This document shows, in pieces, positions 9,271 to 20,373 of a stretch of DNA of 64,000 bases. The notes under the pieces were generated by a model, which saw nothing but the letters and a program-made list of their open reading frames with translations, did no database searches and had not been told where the DNA came from. The position numbers were made by a program, and so were the translations under genes. Source of the DNA: Patescibacteria group bacterium (lineage in GTDB: Bacteria > Patescibacteriota > Patescibacteriia > Patescibacteriales > UBA12465). The stretch covers positions 8,557 to 72,556 of the forward strand of contig JBBACQ010000004.1 in assembly GCA_041656935.1 (NCBI GenBank), written 5' to 3'. The stretch's first letter is position 1; each line of letters begins with the position of its first letter.

Positions 9271-11487
9271 TTATTTTATTTTAAGTTTGTTTTTAGTTTC
9301 TGCGATTAAAACTTCGGCTCGATCTGGTTTAGGATCATGTCTAAGAAGCCAAAAAACTGAAGTTCGAACAGCCGTCCAGTGATAATAAAGTTTGACTCTC
9401 TCTTTTAATCTAATATTATACTTAATCTTAGCATTTTTACAATAAGTTTCTATAAAGAAATCTTTAATTTTCTGAATATAACCTTTAGTATAATTATATC
9501 TAATTAGCTTATACTCTAATTGCTGAATAAAAGTCCCTAGATCTCGAGCAAAATCAGAAACACAAATATCGGTAAAATCAATCATAGCAATTTTTTGCCG
9601 ACCAATTTTTATAATATTCTCGGGATGAGCATCACCATGTATTAACCACCTTTTGGAAGATAACTCAAAAAAATCATCTTCTAAATCAATTAAAAAATCA
9701 TATATTTTTTGAATATCTTTCACATACTTATCATTGTATTTCTCTTCTATTTTCCTTAAAATATCACGATAACCGGGGACAACTGTTTTTATCCGATTAT
9801 TTTTTTTATTTAAATTTATAGAATTAGAAATCGGAGTTTTATGTAATTTAGCTAACCACTCAGCTGTTTTTTTAACTGTTTTTTCTATGTCCTTCTTATT
9901 ATTTTTCTTAATATAATGCAATAAACTTTCACCCTTAACTCCTCGATAAAAAGAAGCATTAAAATATTTAGAATAAAACATCGGTTTAGGCACTGTTAAG
10001 AATCCTCTAGAAAAACCACTATTCCATAAATAATTTAAGGTATCATAAACATTTTTTCGTGGTTCGCTAGAATGAGCCGTACAAAAAAAGGATAAGGCCT
10101 TGGTCTTCAGTTTCTTTGATTTTTCCGAAGAATAAGAGAAAAAGGTTTTGAACTCTAAAACAACGTGATAAGTACTTTCCCAAATATAATCTTTATGATA
10201 AATTATTTTTATTTTTTCTATCTTTTTAAAATCGGGATAAAATGGCAAAATTTTTCTATTAAACAAATCTAAAACATATTTATCACGTAATAATTTATTT
10301 ATTTTATTATTAGTATTTAATTTATTCCTAGAATAATAATTCCAATGCTTCGCCCAAACAGATTTCTTTATAGCTACAAAAATATTTTCTGATTTTATTT
10401 TCTCCGAATGAGAAGTGGAAAATTCTAAAGATCGAATGGACCGAATTAATTCATTAGCTCCTCTTTCTATTTCATCGGGGTTCCAAGCATACGGACCAAA
10501 ATTATGTTTAAAATCATTAGCGCTGGCCCACCAGAAGGTACAACTAGCCAATCCCCTCACCAAATGCCAACGTGACCAATTATAATTTTCATCTTTTCTG
10601 TATTTACTCCCAAGATTAATAGACATATTAGCTAATTTCCATAATTTCATATGAATTTCGTTCTTTTTATCATGCCACAAATGATAAGGTTGTTTTTCTC
10701 TTAAGTTTTTTTCGTTTGACTCCCAATTACTTTTTCTAATATTTATTTTTTCCGGATTTTTAAAACCAGCTATATATTTAGAAATTAAAGTTGTTTTGAT
10801 TTCTTTAATCGCTAAAACTTCTTCTAATTTCTTCCCTAAATCTTGATGTCTTAAACCATAAAGTTCGCCATCAGTTCCACTAATAATAACCTTTTTGTCA
10901 TGATTTTTGTTTTTTTCTAAAAATTTAATAATCTCATCGGGAACATAACAATTAGAAAATTTTCTCGACCGAAATATTACTTTTAAGCCACTATTTTTAT
11001 CTAAATAAACTTTTTCGGGATCCAGCTTTTTTTTATTTTGATAAGATATTTCATCTAATATCAACCAGCTATATCCAAGTTTTTTCACAATTTGAGCTGT
11101 CTCGGGACTATAAGCCATTTCCGGCAAAAAGAAGCCTTTAAGTTTAGCCTTAGGAAAATATTTTTTTAAAATTGTTTCATTTTCTTTTATTTGCCAAACG
11201 ATTTCATTTTCTTTTAATAAGGGAAGTAAAGCATGATAAGAAGCGGAACCGGTTAACTCAATCTGACCTTTATCAATTAAAACATTTATTCTCTCTATTA
11301 AATCAAGATATTTTAGTTCTACTAACCTAGAGACTAAACAAGCTGAAATATTAATAGTGAATTTAGAGTTTGGATTTTTTTCTAAAACTTCTATAATTCT
11401 CTTATAACTAAGATCACTTGCCTCTTTTATTTTATAGGCATCCGAGTTGGCGGGTTGATAACAATGTAAAAAATTTATCCACAACAT
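9271..11487 (-). CDS. GH57-family glycoside hydrolase fused to an APH/choline-kinase-like phosphotransferase
   Basis: N-terminal FLHCYQP, YHALLPL, GFFLPEMAY, GTDGELYG, ASCTFWW; C-terminal LIHGDAHPENI and IDF. Confidence 0.8.
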   Translation of the reverse strand: MLWINFLHCYQPANSDAYKIKEASDLSYKRIIEVLEKNPNSKFTINISACLVSRLVELKYLDLIERINVLIDKGQIELTGSASYHALLPLLKENEIVWQIKENETILKKYFPKAKLKGFFLPEMAYSPETAQIVKKLGYSWLILDEISYQNKKKLDPEKVYLDKNSGLKVIFRSRKFSNCYVPDEIIKFLEKNKNHDKKVIISGTDGELYGLRHQDLGKKLEEVLAIKEIKTTLISKYIAGFKNPEKINIRKSNWESNEKNLREKQPYHLWHDKKNEIHMKLWKLANMSINLGSKYRKDENYNWSRWHLVRGLASCTFWWASANDFKHNFGPYAWNPDEIERGANELIRSIRSLEFSTSHSEKIKSENIFVAIKKSVWAKHWNYYSRNKLNTNNKINKLLRDKYVLDLFNRKILPFYPDFKKIEKIKIIYHKDYIWESTYHVVLEFKTFFSYSSEKSKKLKTKALSFFCTAHSSEPRKNVYDTLNYLWNSGFSRGFLTVPKPMFYSKYFNASFYRGVKGESLLHYIKKNNKKDIEKTVKKTAEWLAKLHKTPISNSINLNKKNNRIKTVVPGYRDILRKIEEKYNDKYVKDIQKIYDFLIDLEDDFFELSSKRWLIHGDAHPENIIKIGRQKIAMIDFTDICVSDFARDLGTFIQQLEYKLIRYNYTKGYIQKIKDFFIETYCKNAKIKYNIRLKERVKLYYHWTAVRTSVFWLLRHDPKPDRAEVLIAETKNKLKIK

Positions 11488-11499
11488 AATAATTTAGAT

Positions 11500-12957
11500 T
11501 TAATTTTTGATAGCCCTCTTATATAATTTAATATATTTCTGGGCCGGAATTTCCCAGCTACTTGATTTACGCATAGCTCTAACAATTAATTCCGACCAAT
11601 TTTTTTTATATTTATAATTTTCTAAAGCCCTAATTATCGCCATTAAAAAAGAAAATTCATCTTCATGTTTAAAAGTAAAACCGGTGCCTTTGTTAGTAGT
11701 CGGGTTAAAATTAGACACCGTATCATAGAGACCACCGATATCTCGGACAATTGGGATACAACCATAACGCATAGCAATCATTTGATTTATTCCACAGGGT
11801 TCATAATTAGACGGTAAAATAAAAAAATCAGAACTAGCATATAATAAAGTTTCCTTATTTTGATCAAAGGGAATCCACAACATTTTTTTAGGATGTTTTT
11901 TATGCATCTTTTTTAAATTTTTTATGTATTCAGCATCACCGTCTCCCATAAAAATAATTTGAACATCCAGTTTCAAAAAATAAGGTAATAATTTTAAAAT
12001 AATATCGAAGCCTTTTTGGTGAGCAATTCTAGAAGTCGAACAAAAGAGAGGAATATCAGCCTCCACAGTAAAACCAAATTTTTTCTGGAGATATTTTTTG
12101 TTTTCAGCTTTTAAATTAAAATTATCGAAACCATATTGTTTAAATAAACCACTGTCTTTTTGGGGGTTATAGGAGTTATAATCAATTCCATTAATAATCC
12201 CAAATAAACGATCCTCTCTATTCTTTAAAATTCTATGAAGATCTTGACCAAACTTCTTAGTCATAATCTCATCGCGATATCTTTCACTCACCGTATTAAT
12301 AATATCAGCTGACAAAATAGCTCTCTTGGCAAAGTTAATATTAACAATATCTGGGTTATCTAATAAAGGAATATTTTTTCTTCCATAATCTTTTTTGTTT
12401 AGAGGAACACTATACCAAGCTCGACTCATCTGAAAGGCTAAATTATGGATAGTAAAGATAATTTTGGCCTTTCCTAAATTCTTGGTATAACGAAATTTAT
12501 TTTTAATAAAATAAGGAATTAATCCAGTATGCCAATCATGACAATGGATAATATCAGGCTGATGGTCTAATAAATTCAGAAGCTTTAAAGAGGCAACATT
12601 AAAAACCAAAAATCTAATATTATCTTTTACCGAAATATAAATTTTTTTAGATTTAGAAAAATGTTCCTTACTTTCAACAAAATAAACCGGCAAACCATCT
12701 ATTAATTGCCCCTTCCAAAAATTAACCTTAACGGAATTAGCCGAATCGACTACTACATTAACATCTTTATAAATTAGCTTTAAATTATGCTTATCCTTAT
12801 CGATTAATTTCCCGTAGAGTGGAGTTATAACCGAAACCTGATGGCCTAAACGAAAAGAAGCCTTCGGTAAACTACGAGTAACATCACCTAAACCACCCGA
12901 CTTTGAGAAAGGTGAAACTTCAGAAGCAAAATGTACTATCTTTAATTTTTTGGCCAT
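11500..12957 (-). CDS. glgA: Glycogen/starch synthase (GT5)
   Basis: SEVSPFSKSGGLGDV, HCHDWHTG, TIHNL, EPCGINQM. Confidence 0.93.
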   Translation of the reverse strand: MAKKLKIVHFASEVSPFSKSGGLGDVTRSLPKASFRLGHQVSVITPLYGKLIDKDKHNLKLIYKDVNVVVDSANSVKVNFWKGQLIDGLPVYFVESKEHFSKSKKIYISVKDNIRFLVFNVASLKLLNLLDHQPDIIHCHDWHTGLIPYFIKNKFRYTKNLGKAKIIFTIHNLAFQMSRAWYSVPLNKKDYGRKNIPLLDNPDIVNINFAKRAILSADIINTVSERYRDEIMTKKFGQDLHRILKNREDRLFGIINGIDYNSYNPQKDSGLFKQYGFDNFNLKAENKKYLQKKFGFTVEADIPLFCSTSRIAHQKGFDIILKLLPYFLKLDVQIIFMGDGDAEYIKNLKKMHKKHPKKMLWIPFDQNKETLLYASSDFFILPSNYEPCGINQMIAMRYGCIPIVRDIGGLYDTVSNFNPTTNKGTGFTFKHEDEFSFLMAIIRALENYKYKKNWSELIVRAMRKSSSWEIPAQKYIKLYKRAIKN

Positions 12958-12976
12958 ATCTTCTAAATTAACTAAG

Positions 12977-13456
12977 TTAAAAAGTTTTTAAATTAGAAGC
13001 GCAAATGGCTGCCGCCAAAGCATCGGCGGCGTCATCAGATTTAGGAGCCTCTTTTAAATTCAAAATTAATTGGACCATTTTTTTTACTTGCTTTTTATCA
13101 GCTCGACCGAAATTACAAACTCCCTGCTTAATTTGCAAAGGGGTTAATTCTAGCAACTTCAAGCCGTTTTTTTTCACATTCAATAAAATTACCCCGCGAG
13201 CTTGTCCTACAATTAAAGCGGTTTTAGCATTAGTATTAAAAAACAACCTCTCTATTGATACCAAACTTGGTTGGTACTTGTCAATTATTTTTTGTAGCTC
13301 ATCATTAAGCTTTTCTAACCTATCCGGTAGCTCCTGCTGAGAAGATGTTTTTATCGACCCAAAATCAAGACACTCTAATTTATCTTTTTCTACTGAAATT
13401 AAACCGAAACCAGTGTCGGCTATTCCGGGATCAAGTCCTAAAATAATCTTTTTCAT
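12977..13456 (-). CDS. ruvC: Holliday junction resolvase RuvC
   Basis: ILGLDPG, GQARGV, DDAADALAAAIC. Confidence 0.95.
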   Translation of the reverse strand: MKKIILGLDPGIADTGFGLISVEKDKLECLDFGSIKTSSQQELPDRLEKLNDELQKIIDKYQPSLVSIERLFFNTNAKTALIVGQARGVILLNVKKNGLKLLELTPLQIKQGVCNFGRADKKQVKKMVQLILNLKEAPKSDDAADALAAAICASNLKTF

Positions 13457-13468
13457 AAGAATATAGAA

Positions 13469-13834
13469 TTATCCCTTCTTTTCTAGAAAAGAATCGTTTT
13501 TTACTATTTTTTTAATAATAAAATAAAGTAAGGCCATTATTATTAAAAAAACTAATAACGAACTTATAACTTTCCCTAATTCAAAATCAACCTCTCTAAT
13601 AGTAAAACTTAAATTTTCTAAATTATCTTTAGAAATAAATAAGCTAATAAACGGCATAAAGAGACCATTGACGATGGCGTCAACTAAATCTTTAGAAGCT
13701 TGCCCAATAATTAAACCAATGGCTAAGCCTAAAACCGAATATTCTTTTAAAAAAGACAATAATCCTTTTAAGAAATTTTCTGGTGCTTCCTTAATTTCAC
13801 TAATCGCTTCTGGCTTTTTTTCTTCTGTCATCAT
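13469..13834 (-). CDS. mscL: Large-conductance mechanosensitive channel family
   Basis: FLKEYSVLGLAIGLIIGQA..LV..IVNGLFMP, two TM segments. Confidence 0.8.
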   Translation of the reverse strand: MMTEEKKPEAISEIKEAPENFLKGLLSFLKEYSVLGLAIGLIIGQASKDLVDAIVNGLFMPFISLFISKDNLENLSFTIREVDFELGKVISSLLVFLIIMALLYFIIKKIVKNDSFLEKKG

Positions 13835-13867
13835 ATTTTTTTATTATTAACAAATAAAATCTAAAAA

Positions 13868-14548
13868 CTATTCTATTTCTGTCCCCTTAAATTTCTGACC
13901 GGAGAAATATTTATTTAAATTACCCAAATTTTGCCCATTCAAAACGACGACTTTTTTATTGCTCTTTTTACATCTAACAGAAGCTACTGGATCGAAAGGA
14001 GCACTCATCCCCGGTTTCCATTTTTTGCCAATCAATGACAAAAAATCAGACCATCTAATTTTTTCAATTTTTTGGGCTCCGGAAAATTTATTAGGATCTC
14101 GGTCATAAACATAATCAATATTAGACAGATTAATTATTTTTTCCACTTTATAAATCTCAGCTAATAATACCGCTACAAAATCAGAAGAATTCCCCGGTAG
14201 ATAACCACCCGAAAAAATCAAAGGTTTAGTTGTTTTTACTTTAACTTTAGGATCAGAAATTATTTTTTCAAAGGCTAAGTCAGAAAAAATTGATTTTAAT
14301 AAATAAGCATTTAAACGAGTAGCATAAATTCCTAAATAATCTTGATCATATTCACTTAAATCTTTTCTTATTTCTCTAGCTGAATAAATATATTTCCGCG
14401 CCGTTTGGCCACCGCCAACCACAATAATAAACTTATCGCCTTTTTCAACCCGATTTTCAATTATCTTCTTAAATTTCTTCAAAAAACCGACGTTAACCCC
14501 ATCTTTTAGAGAAACAATTGATCCTCCCAAAGATAAAACGTAAAACAT
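13868..14548 (-). CDS. pyrH: UMP kinase, archaeal type
   Basis: SLGGS, VVGGGQTARKYI, D.LGIYATRLNA, YDRDP, PFDPVA. Confidence 0.88.
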   Translation of the reverse strand: MFYVLSLGGSIVSLKDGVNVGFLKKFKKIIENRVEKGDKFIIVVGGGQTARKYIYSAREIRKDLSEYDQDYLGIYATRLNAYLLKSIFSDLAFEKIISDPKVKVKTTKPLIFSGGYLPGNSSDFVAVLLAEIYKVEKIINLSNIDYVYDRDPNKFSGAQKIEKIRWSDFLSLIGKKWKPGMSAPFDPVASVRCKKSNKKVVVLNGQNLGNLNKYFSGQKFKGTEIE

Positions 14549-14648
14549 AATTTTCTATTAATCTAAATTTATAAATCTTTCAAAATTTTATTTTAAAAAA
14601 CACTTGAAATAAATCTAAAAGAATTATATAGAAGAAAATTTGGAAAAA

Positions 14649-15695
14649 TTATTTATTCTCCCTCTTATTATACTCCTCTAAAATTTTAGATCGAACTTCT
14701 TTCAATAATTTTTCTTGAGCTTTTAATTGAATTTTGGCATTCTCGCGACCAATTCCTAATTTTATATCTCCGAAGCTATAAGAATTACCTGACTTTTTAA
14801 TGACATTATACTCAACTCCTAAATCTAATAAATCACCGGCGACTGAAATGCCCTCGTTGTACATAATATCAAACTCAGCTACTTTAAAAGGAGCGGCGAC
14901 TTTATTTTTCACTAATTTAGCCTTAACGCGATTTCCAACAATCTTTTCACCTTGTTTTATTTGAGCACTTCTTCGCACCTCAACTCGAACTGATGAATAA
15001 AATTTTAAAGCATTACCGCCACTAGTTGTTTCCGGATTACCAAAGAATACACCAATTTTATTTCTAATCTGATTAATAAATATTACTACTGTTTTTGATT
15101 TAGAAATTATACCAGTTAATTTTCTAAGAGCTTGGCTCATTAAACGAGCTTGAAGCCCCATGTGTTGATCTCCCATATCTCCCTCAATTTCCTTTTGCGG
15201 AACTAAAGCAGCGACACTATCCACTACCACCACATCTACGGCATTAGAACGAACCAAGGTCTCTACGATTTCCAAGGCTTGCTCTCCAGTGTCCGGCTGA
15301 GAAATAAGCATCTCTTTGATATTAATACCAATTTTTTCAGCATAATCAGGGTCTAAAGCATGCTCAGCGTCTACAAAGGCGGCTACCCCACCAGTCTTTT
15401 GAACCTCAGCTACGATATGTTGAGCTAGAGTAGTTTTTCCGGAAGATTCTGGTCCAAAAATCTCTATAACTCGACCTCTAGGAACACCTCCAACTCCAAA
15501 AGCTAAATCTAAAGATAAACAACCAGTAGAAATTACATCGACATTTGTTTTCCGAGCATCACCAAATCTCATAATAGCCCCTTCACCAAATTTACTTTTA
15601 ATTTGCTCCATGGCCAATAAAGTAGCTTCGGCTTTATTACCCTTCAGCTCTTTAATTTCATTTTTAACTTCTTTAACTTTCTTGTCTTTTAACAT
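14649..15695 (-). CDS. recA: Recombinase RecA
   Basis: [35 protein letters not shown]. Confidence 0.98.
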   Translation of the reverse strand: MLKDKKVKEVKNEIKELKGNKAEATLLAMEQIKSKFGEGAIMRFGDARKTNVDVISTGCLSLDLAFGVGGVPRGRVIEIFGPESSGKTTLAQHIVAEVQKTGGVAAFVDAEHALDPDYAEKIGINIKEMLISQPDTGEQALEIVETLVRSNAVDVVVVDSVAALVPQKEIEGDMGDQHMGLQARLMSQALRKLTGIISKSKTVVIFINQIRNKIGVFFGNPETTSGGNALKFYSSVRVEVRRSAQIKQGEKIVGNRVKAKLVKNKVAAPFKVAEFDIMYNEGISVAGDLLDLGVEYNVIKKSGNSYSFGDIKLGIGRENAKIQLKAQEKLLKEVRSKILEEYNKRENK

Positions 15696-15875
15696 AGTTT
15701 TATAATAACTATAATTTTTTTTAAAAAAAACATTATAATTATTCTTTTTAATAATTAAAATAAATTAATAATATTATAAGTTTTTCGATCTAAATAAATT
15801 AATAGTATTATAAAGTTTTACCGATGAAAACAAATTAAATTAAAATTAAAATTAATATAAATTAATAATTAGATA

Positions 15876-18446
15876 TTAATCACAAGGAGTAACTGAAGGA
15901 GCACCGTTACAACAAAAAGGAATAGCGGGAGTGGCCGTACAACCTGGACCGACACTAGGTTTAAAACAATTTTGATAAACATCTTTCACACCTGACCCAA
16001 CTCTAGATTTGTAATCAGCTCCCTCAAAAAACTTTCCATGATTTATGTAAGCGCTGGTCTTATCAGGCTCCCCATCAACAGGGTCAATGTCTAGACCCTT
16101 AGAAGATATCCAATATCCAACTAATTGTCCACTTATTAAATTAATTAAGGAATGAACAACATCTTTAACCCCATTATTTATAGTAACAGCTCCAGTTTTT
16201 AAACTACTGGCCATCATTAACTTATTAAATTCAATAATAATAGGATCGTATAAATCTACTGCTGTAGCTTGAACGGCCGGAGAAATATTGCTGATAATTG
16301 GTGGATCAGTCTCAATTTTATCGCTGATCCAAAAAGACCATCTCAAATTATCCCCCATATTAATATCAGGACTATTTAAATTATAAAAAGTAACGGGGCC
16401 ATAAGAATAGCCGTCGCCATTACCATCGAAAGAATTACCGGCGGAGTCCATTATTCCATCCATCAAAGATAGGTTCGATAATGGATAACGCTTAGCCTGA
16501 CTATTAACACAAATATTATCGGTACAAGTTAAAAAGGGACTTTTGTTAAGACAATTAGCATCATCTCCCTGACAATCAAATAAACTGGCCGATTTTAATT
16601 GAACTTCTAAATTACTATTAGCGGGCAAACAATAAATATCTTCTCCACAACCATTAACTCCGCATTTAACATCTGACTGAAATTCTACCGTTTTATAATT
16701 AGAAGAAATAGAAAAATTTCCAGCTAAATAATTTCCGACACACACCGTTCCGTCACAATTATAAGATTGGCATTCATTGTCTTCAACACAAGCTTGACCA
16801 GAAGATTTAGCCGAAGCAGATTTATTTATAATTTTAATGTAATCATAAATATCATCGCTGTTTCCCGAAACCATTAAAGGATTGACTGCTTCGTTAAAAT
16901 TTATTTGAACAACACTATTCATTGGTTGATCTTTTTTATCATTTATAACGACCTGCTCACTTTTATCTCCCCCACCACTGAAAGGAATAACCGAAATAGC
17001 ACTAGAATTACTAGAAGATAAGGCGATGCTATTACCACTAACTCCACCAACCTTAGCCGTTAAATTAATAATAGTTGTCCCTGTTTGATAAGAAACATTT
17101 ATATTAGGATGGTTAGCTAAAACTACACTAATCTCTTGCGCTAAAACAATAGGGTTAGAATTAACTGAAATATTATAAGCATCGCTCGAACCATTGATAA
17201 AAGTATAGACATAAGATCCAACAGTCAAAAAATCAGCTAAAATTCTCTTTTTAACTACCACCGACCACGAGCTTCCAGCTGTAAAACTAGGATCTAATTC
17301 CATTTTAAAATAATTAACAAAATTAACTTCATTATCGACAATATCAAAAAGACCTAAATTACTACCACCACTAGATAATTGAGCTTTGGTTCTATTTAAA
17401 TCAACCACCACATTAAAATTAAGATAATCTCCATTATAATTAGGATTAATATCAGCCGTAGCCGTAGCGGTTCCAATAATATTACTAATGGAAACAATGC
17501 TGGCTGGTTGAAAATAATTAGGCTCGCCTAAAACACCCAAAGAGGCTGTAGCAAAAAGTAGCTCTGAAATTAAATTCTTTTCGTCCTTAGTATCATCAGC
17601 TTGTGGGAAAACACTCCCTACTTCTGGTGGAGTTAAATCTAAAAGATTACTAACCTCAAAGCCCCATAGGAAGAAATTGGCCGAACAATTAGAAAAAATA
17701 CTAGCTGATTCGTCTAGCTTTAAAACATCACTGGAAAAATAAACTAAATATTTAGAAAAACCATTTTCGTTGCCCAATAAATTATCTGGATAGAAAACAA
17801 ATGTTTTATTATCAGCCGTTGAAAAACTAAAAGAAATTGGTTCAGAACAAGCTCTAGTAATAATATCAAATTTATCTTCTTCGCATAATACAACACTAGA
17901 ATTAGAAATAGAAGTAGAGGCGACTTCCTCCTTAAAGGTAATCATAATCATGGTATTTCTAGGAACATTCTCTTGATCAGGCTCAGGATAAACACTTTCA
18001 ACGCTACAATTTCCAATGGCTCCTAGACCAGTCTGAAAAAAAGCATTTCTAGAAGTATCTACTCCTTGATTGGAATAGTTATCGGGAAACAAACTTCTAA
18101 AAATAAAAGTGACGATACCCCAAGAAATTAATATTATTGCTAGACCAATAATAGCACTTTTCAATAAGCGCTTAGCTTTGTCAACTTTCTCTTCATTGCC
18201 CTCAGAGGTCATCCACAAAAATCCCCCATAAATATTTAAACTAACAGCAATAATTGCTAATAGACCTAAAAAGATATTAATAATTTTAACTACAATTGTT
18301 CGAGGATCGGTCGCCTTTAAAACTATCTCGCTATCAACCTCAGATATTCCGACAATATCTCCCGCCAAAACTATTCGAAGACCGACTAAAAAAAGACCTA
18401 AACAAAAGAAAGAAAAGAAAAGAAGTATTTTTCTATTTTTTATCAT
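15876..18446 (-). CDS. Large surface protein: TrbC/VirB2-like pilin N-terminus plus Ig-like (Big_5-like) and Cys-rich modules
   Basis: YGGFLWMTSEGNEEKVDKAK..L..AIIGL pilin motif; repeated P.V.SV.P..V.RN..I.I.F.E Ig starts; many Cys clusters. Confidence 0.75.
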   Translation of the reverse strand: MIKNRKILLFFSFFCLGLFLVGLRIVLAGDIVGISEVDSEIVLKATDPRTIVVKIINIFLGLLAIIAVSLNIYGGFLWMTSEGNEEKVDKAKRLLKSAIIGLAIILISWGIVTFIFRSLFPDNYSNQGVDTSRNAFFQTGLGAIGNCSVESVYPEPDQENVPRNTMIMITFKEEVASTSISNSSVVLCEEDKFDIITRACSEPISFSFSTADNKTFVFYPDNLLGNENGFSKYLVYFSSDVLKLDESASIFSNCSANFFLWGFEVSNLLDLTPPEVGSVFPQADDTKDEKNLISELLFATASLGVLGEPNYFQPASIVSISNIIGTATATADINPNYNGDYLNFNVVVDLNRTKAQLSSGGSNLGLFDIVDNEVNFVNYFKMELDPSFTAGSSWSVVVKKRILADFLTVGSYVYTFINGSSDAYNISVNSNPIVLAQEISVVLANHPNINVSYQTGTTIINLTAKVGGVSGNSIALSSSNSSAISVIPFSGGGDKSEQVVINDKKDQPMNSVVQINFNEAVNPLMVSGNSDDIYDYIKIINKSASAKSSGQACVEDNECQSYNCDGTVCVGNYLAGNFSISSNYKTVEFQSDVKCGVNGCGEDIYCLPANSNLEVQLKSASLFDCQGDDANCLNKSPFLTCTDNICVNSQAKRYPLSNLSLMDGIMDSAGNSFDGNGDGYSYGPVTFYNLNSPDINMGDNLRWSFWISDKIETDPPIISNISPAVQATAVDLYDPIIIEFNKLMMASSLKTGAVTINNGVKDVVHSLINLISGQLVGYWISSKGLDIDPVDGEPDKTSAYINHGKFFEGADYKSRVGSGVKDVYQNCFKPSVGPGCTATPAIPFCCNGAPSVTPCD

Positions 18447-18539
18447 ACTAAAGTGATTATTTATAAATTGATAATAAATTGCTAATTTGCAATTTTTATA
18501 TTATTATTATAGCATAAAAAATAAAATAATTGAATATTT

Positions 18540-19991
18540 ATGAATATTGAGCGAGTTATCAAAAAAGCTCAAGAAACTAACCCAAATATTAATACCGATA
18601 TAATTCTGCGGGCTTATAATTTTGCCGAAAAAGCTCACCGGGGACAAAACAGGAAGAGTGGTGAGCCCTATATTGAACATCCGCTTCATACTGCTTTTAA
18701 TTTAGCCCAAATAAAAGCTGACCTCCCTACCATAGTTGCCGGAATATTACATGACGTTCCCGAAGACACCGATTATACTATTGAGGATATAAAAGAAAAT
18801 TTTGGTGAAGAAGTTTGTGGTTTAGTAGAAGGAATAACAAAATTAGGGAAAATAAAATATCGAGGCATCGAACGATATCGGGAAAATTTAAGAAAAATGT
18901 TTTTAGCCATGGTTGATGATATTAGAATAATGTATATAAAATTTTGTGATCGCCTCCATAATCTACGTACCCTGGATTCTTTACCAGAAAATAAACAACA
19001 AAGAATAGCTAAAGAAACTTTAGAAATTTATGCTCCGATTGCCGGGCTCTTGGGTATCTGGCGATTAAAATGGCAGATGGAAGATATTTGTTTTAAATAT
19101 ATTTATCCTAAGGAATATAAAAAGATAGAATACAAATATGAAATTGAAAAAAAATCAGAACGAAACCAGTTTTTTCAAAGAGTTAAAAAAATATTAGCCA
19201 AAGAATTAACAAAAACCAAGATTGATTATGAAATCACAGCTCGTTTTAAACATCTTTACAGTATCTGGGAAAAGATGCAAAGAAAAGATCGAAAATTTGA
19301 TGAAATTTATGATGTGTTTGCCTTAAGAGTTTTGGTTAATAATATTGAAGACTGTTATAAGGTTCTAGGTATTATTCATTCTATTTGGAAGCCAATCACT
19401 AATCGCTTTAAAGATTATATTGCTGTTCCTAAGCCCAATGGCTATCGTAGTCTACACACTACTATTATTGGCCCCGAGAATAAGGCAACTGAGTTTCAAA
19501 TTAAAACTAAAGAGATGCATGATGAGTCAATCTACGGATCTCAGGACCATTGGAGTTATAAAAATGAAAAATTAGAATATAAAAAACCTTCCTGGATTAA
19601 AGAAATTTTAGAAATTCAAAAAGAAAATGCTAATGCCAAAGATTTTGTTCGAGAAATAAAAGGAAATATATTTCAAAATAGAATATTTGTTTTCTCTCCA
19701 AAAGGAGATGTTATTGAGCTCCCCGAAAAATCAACTCCGATCGATTTTGCTTATGCTATCCATACTGATGTCGGGAATAAAGCTGTTCAGGCTTTAGTTA
19801 ATGAAAAAATAGAAAGCCTTGATTTCGAATTAAAAAATGGAGATTTGGTAGAAATAATAATTGATAAAACCAGAAAGGGACCAAATAGTAATTGGCTTAG
19901 TTTCGCCAAAACAAAACACGCCGTAAATAGAATAAAACAACATTCGCAAAATAAAACTCTGGATAAATTCAAAAAAATGTTTAATAAATAA
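18540..19991 (+). CDS. rel: RelA/SpoT (p)ppGpp hydrolase-synthetase with TGS, lacking ACT
   Basis: RKSGEPYIEHP, LHDVPED, DRLHN, PKPNGYRSLHT, DFAYAIHT. Confidence 0.92.
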   Translation: MNIERVIKKAQETNPNINTDIILRAYNFAEKAHRGQNRKSGEPYIEHPLHTAFNLAQIKADLPTIVAGILHDVPEDTDYTIEDIKENFGEEVCGLVEGITKLGKIKYRGIERYRENLRKMFLAMVDDIRIMYIKFCDRLHNLRTLDSLPENKQQRIAKETLEIYAPIAGLLGIWRLKWQMEDICFKYIYPKEYKKIEYKYEIEKKSERNQFFQRVKKILAKELTKTKIDYEITARFKHLYSIWEKMQRKDRKFDEIYDVFALRVLVNNIEDCYKVLGIIHSIWKPITNRFKDYIAVPKPNGYRSLHTTIIGPENKATEFQIKTKEMHDESIYGSQDHWSYKNEKLEYKKPSWIKEILEIQKENANAKDFVREIKGNIFQNRIFVFSPKGDVIELPEKSTPIDFAYAIHTDVGNKAVQALVNEKIESLDFELKNGDLVEIIIDKTRKGPNSNWLSFAKTKHAVNRIKQHSQNKTLDKFKKMFNK

Positions 19992-20020
19992 AAAGAAGCG
20001 CTAATAAGCGCCTCTTTTTT
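19990..20020. terminator. Bidirectional terminator between rel and rpsU
   Basis: AAAAGAAGCGCT-AATA-AGCGCCTCTTTTTT. Confidence 0.65.
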
Positions 20021-20036
20021 ATCGAAAATAAAAAAA

Positions 20037-20261
20037 TTATCTAGTTTCTTTTAATTTACCAGTTTTTCTTAAATACTCAAACTTCTTTCCCAGCTCTAAT
20101 CTAGCTAGAGCTGATTTTTTGTTCTGAATACTAGTTTTCTTTTTAGCGTATGTTCGTTTTTTCTTGAAAGATTCAAGTCTTTTGTTATTTTTTAAACTAT
20201 TCTTGAAACGTCTTAAAAAAGCTTCAAAACTTTCACCTTTTTTTCTTTTTAAATCAGCCAT
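20037..20261 (-). CDS. rpsU: Ribosomal protein bS21
   Basis: KRKKGESFEAFLRRFK, small and basic. Confidence 0.8.
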   Translation of the reverse strand: MADLKRKKGESFEAFLRRFKNSLKNNKRLESFKKKRTYAKKKTSIQNKKSALARLELGKKFEYLRKTGKLKETR

Positions 20262-20373
20262 AAAACACCCACCTTTCTATATATGGTTAAATAAACCATA
20301 AATTAAATAATTTATTAGTATAAATTTTATAACACATTAATTTTAAAAAATCAAGCGCTGACTAATAAAACTT

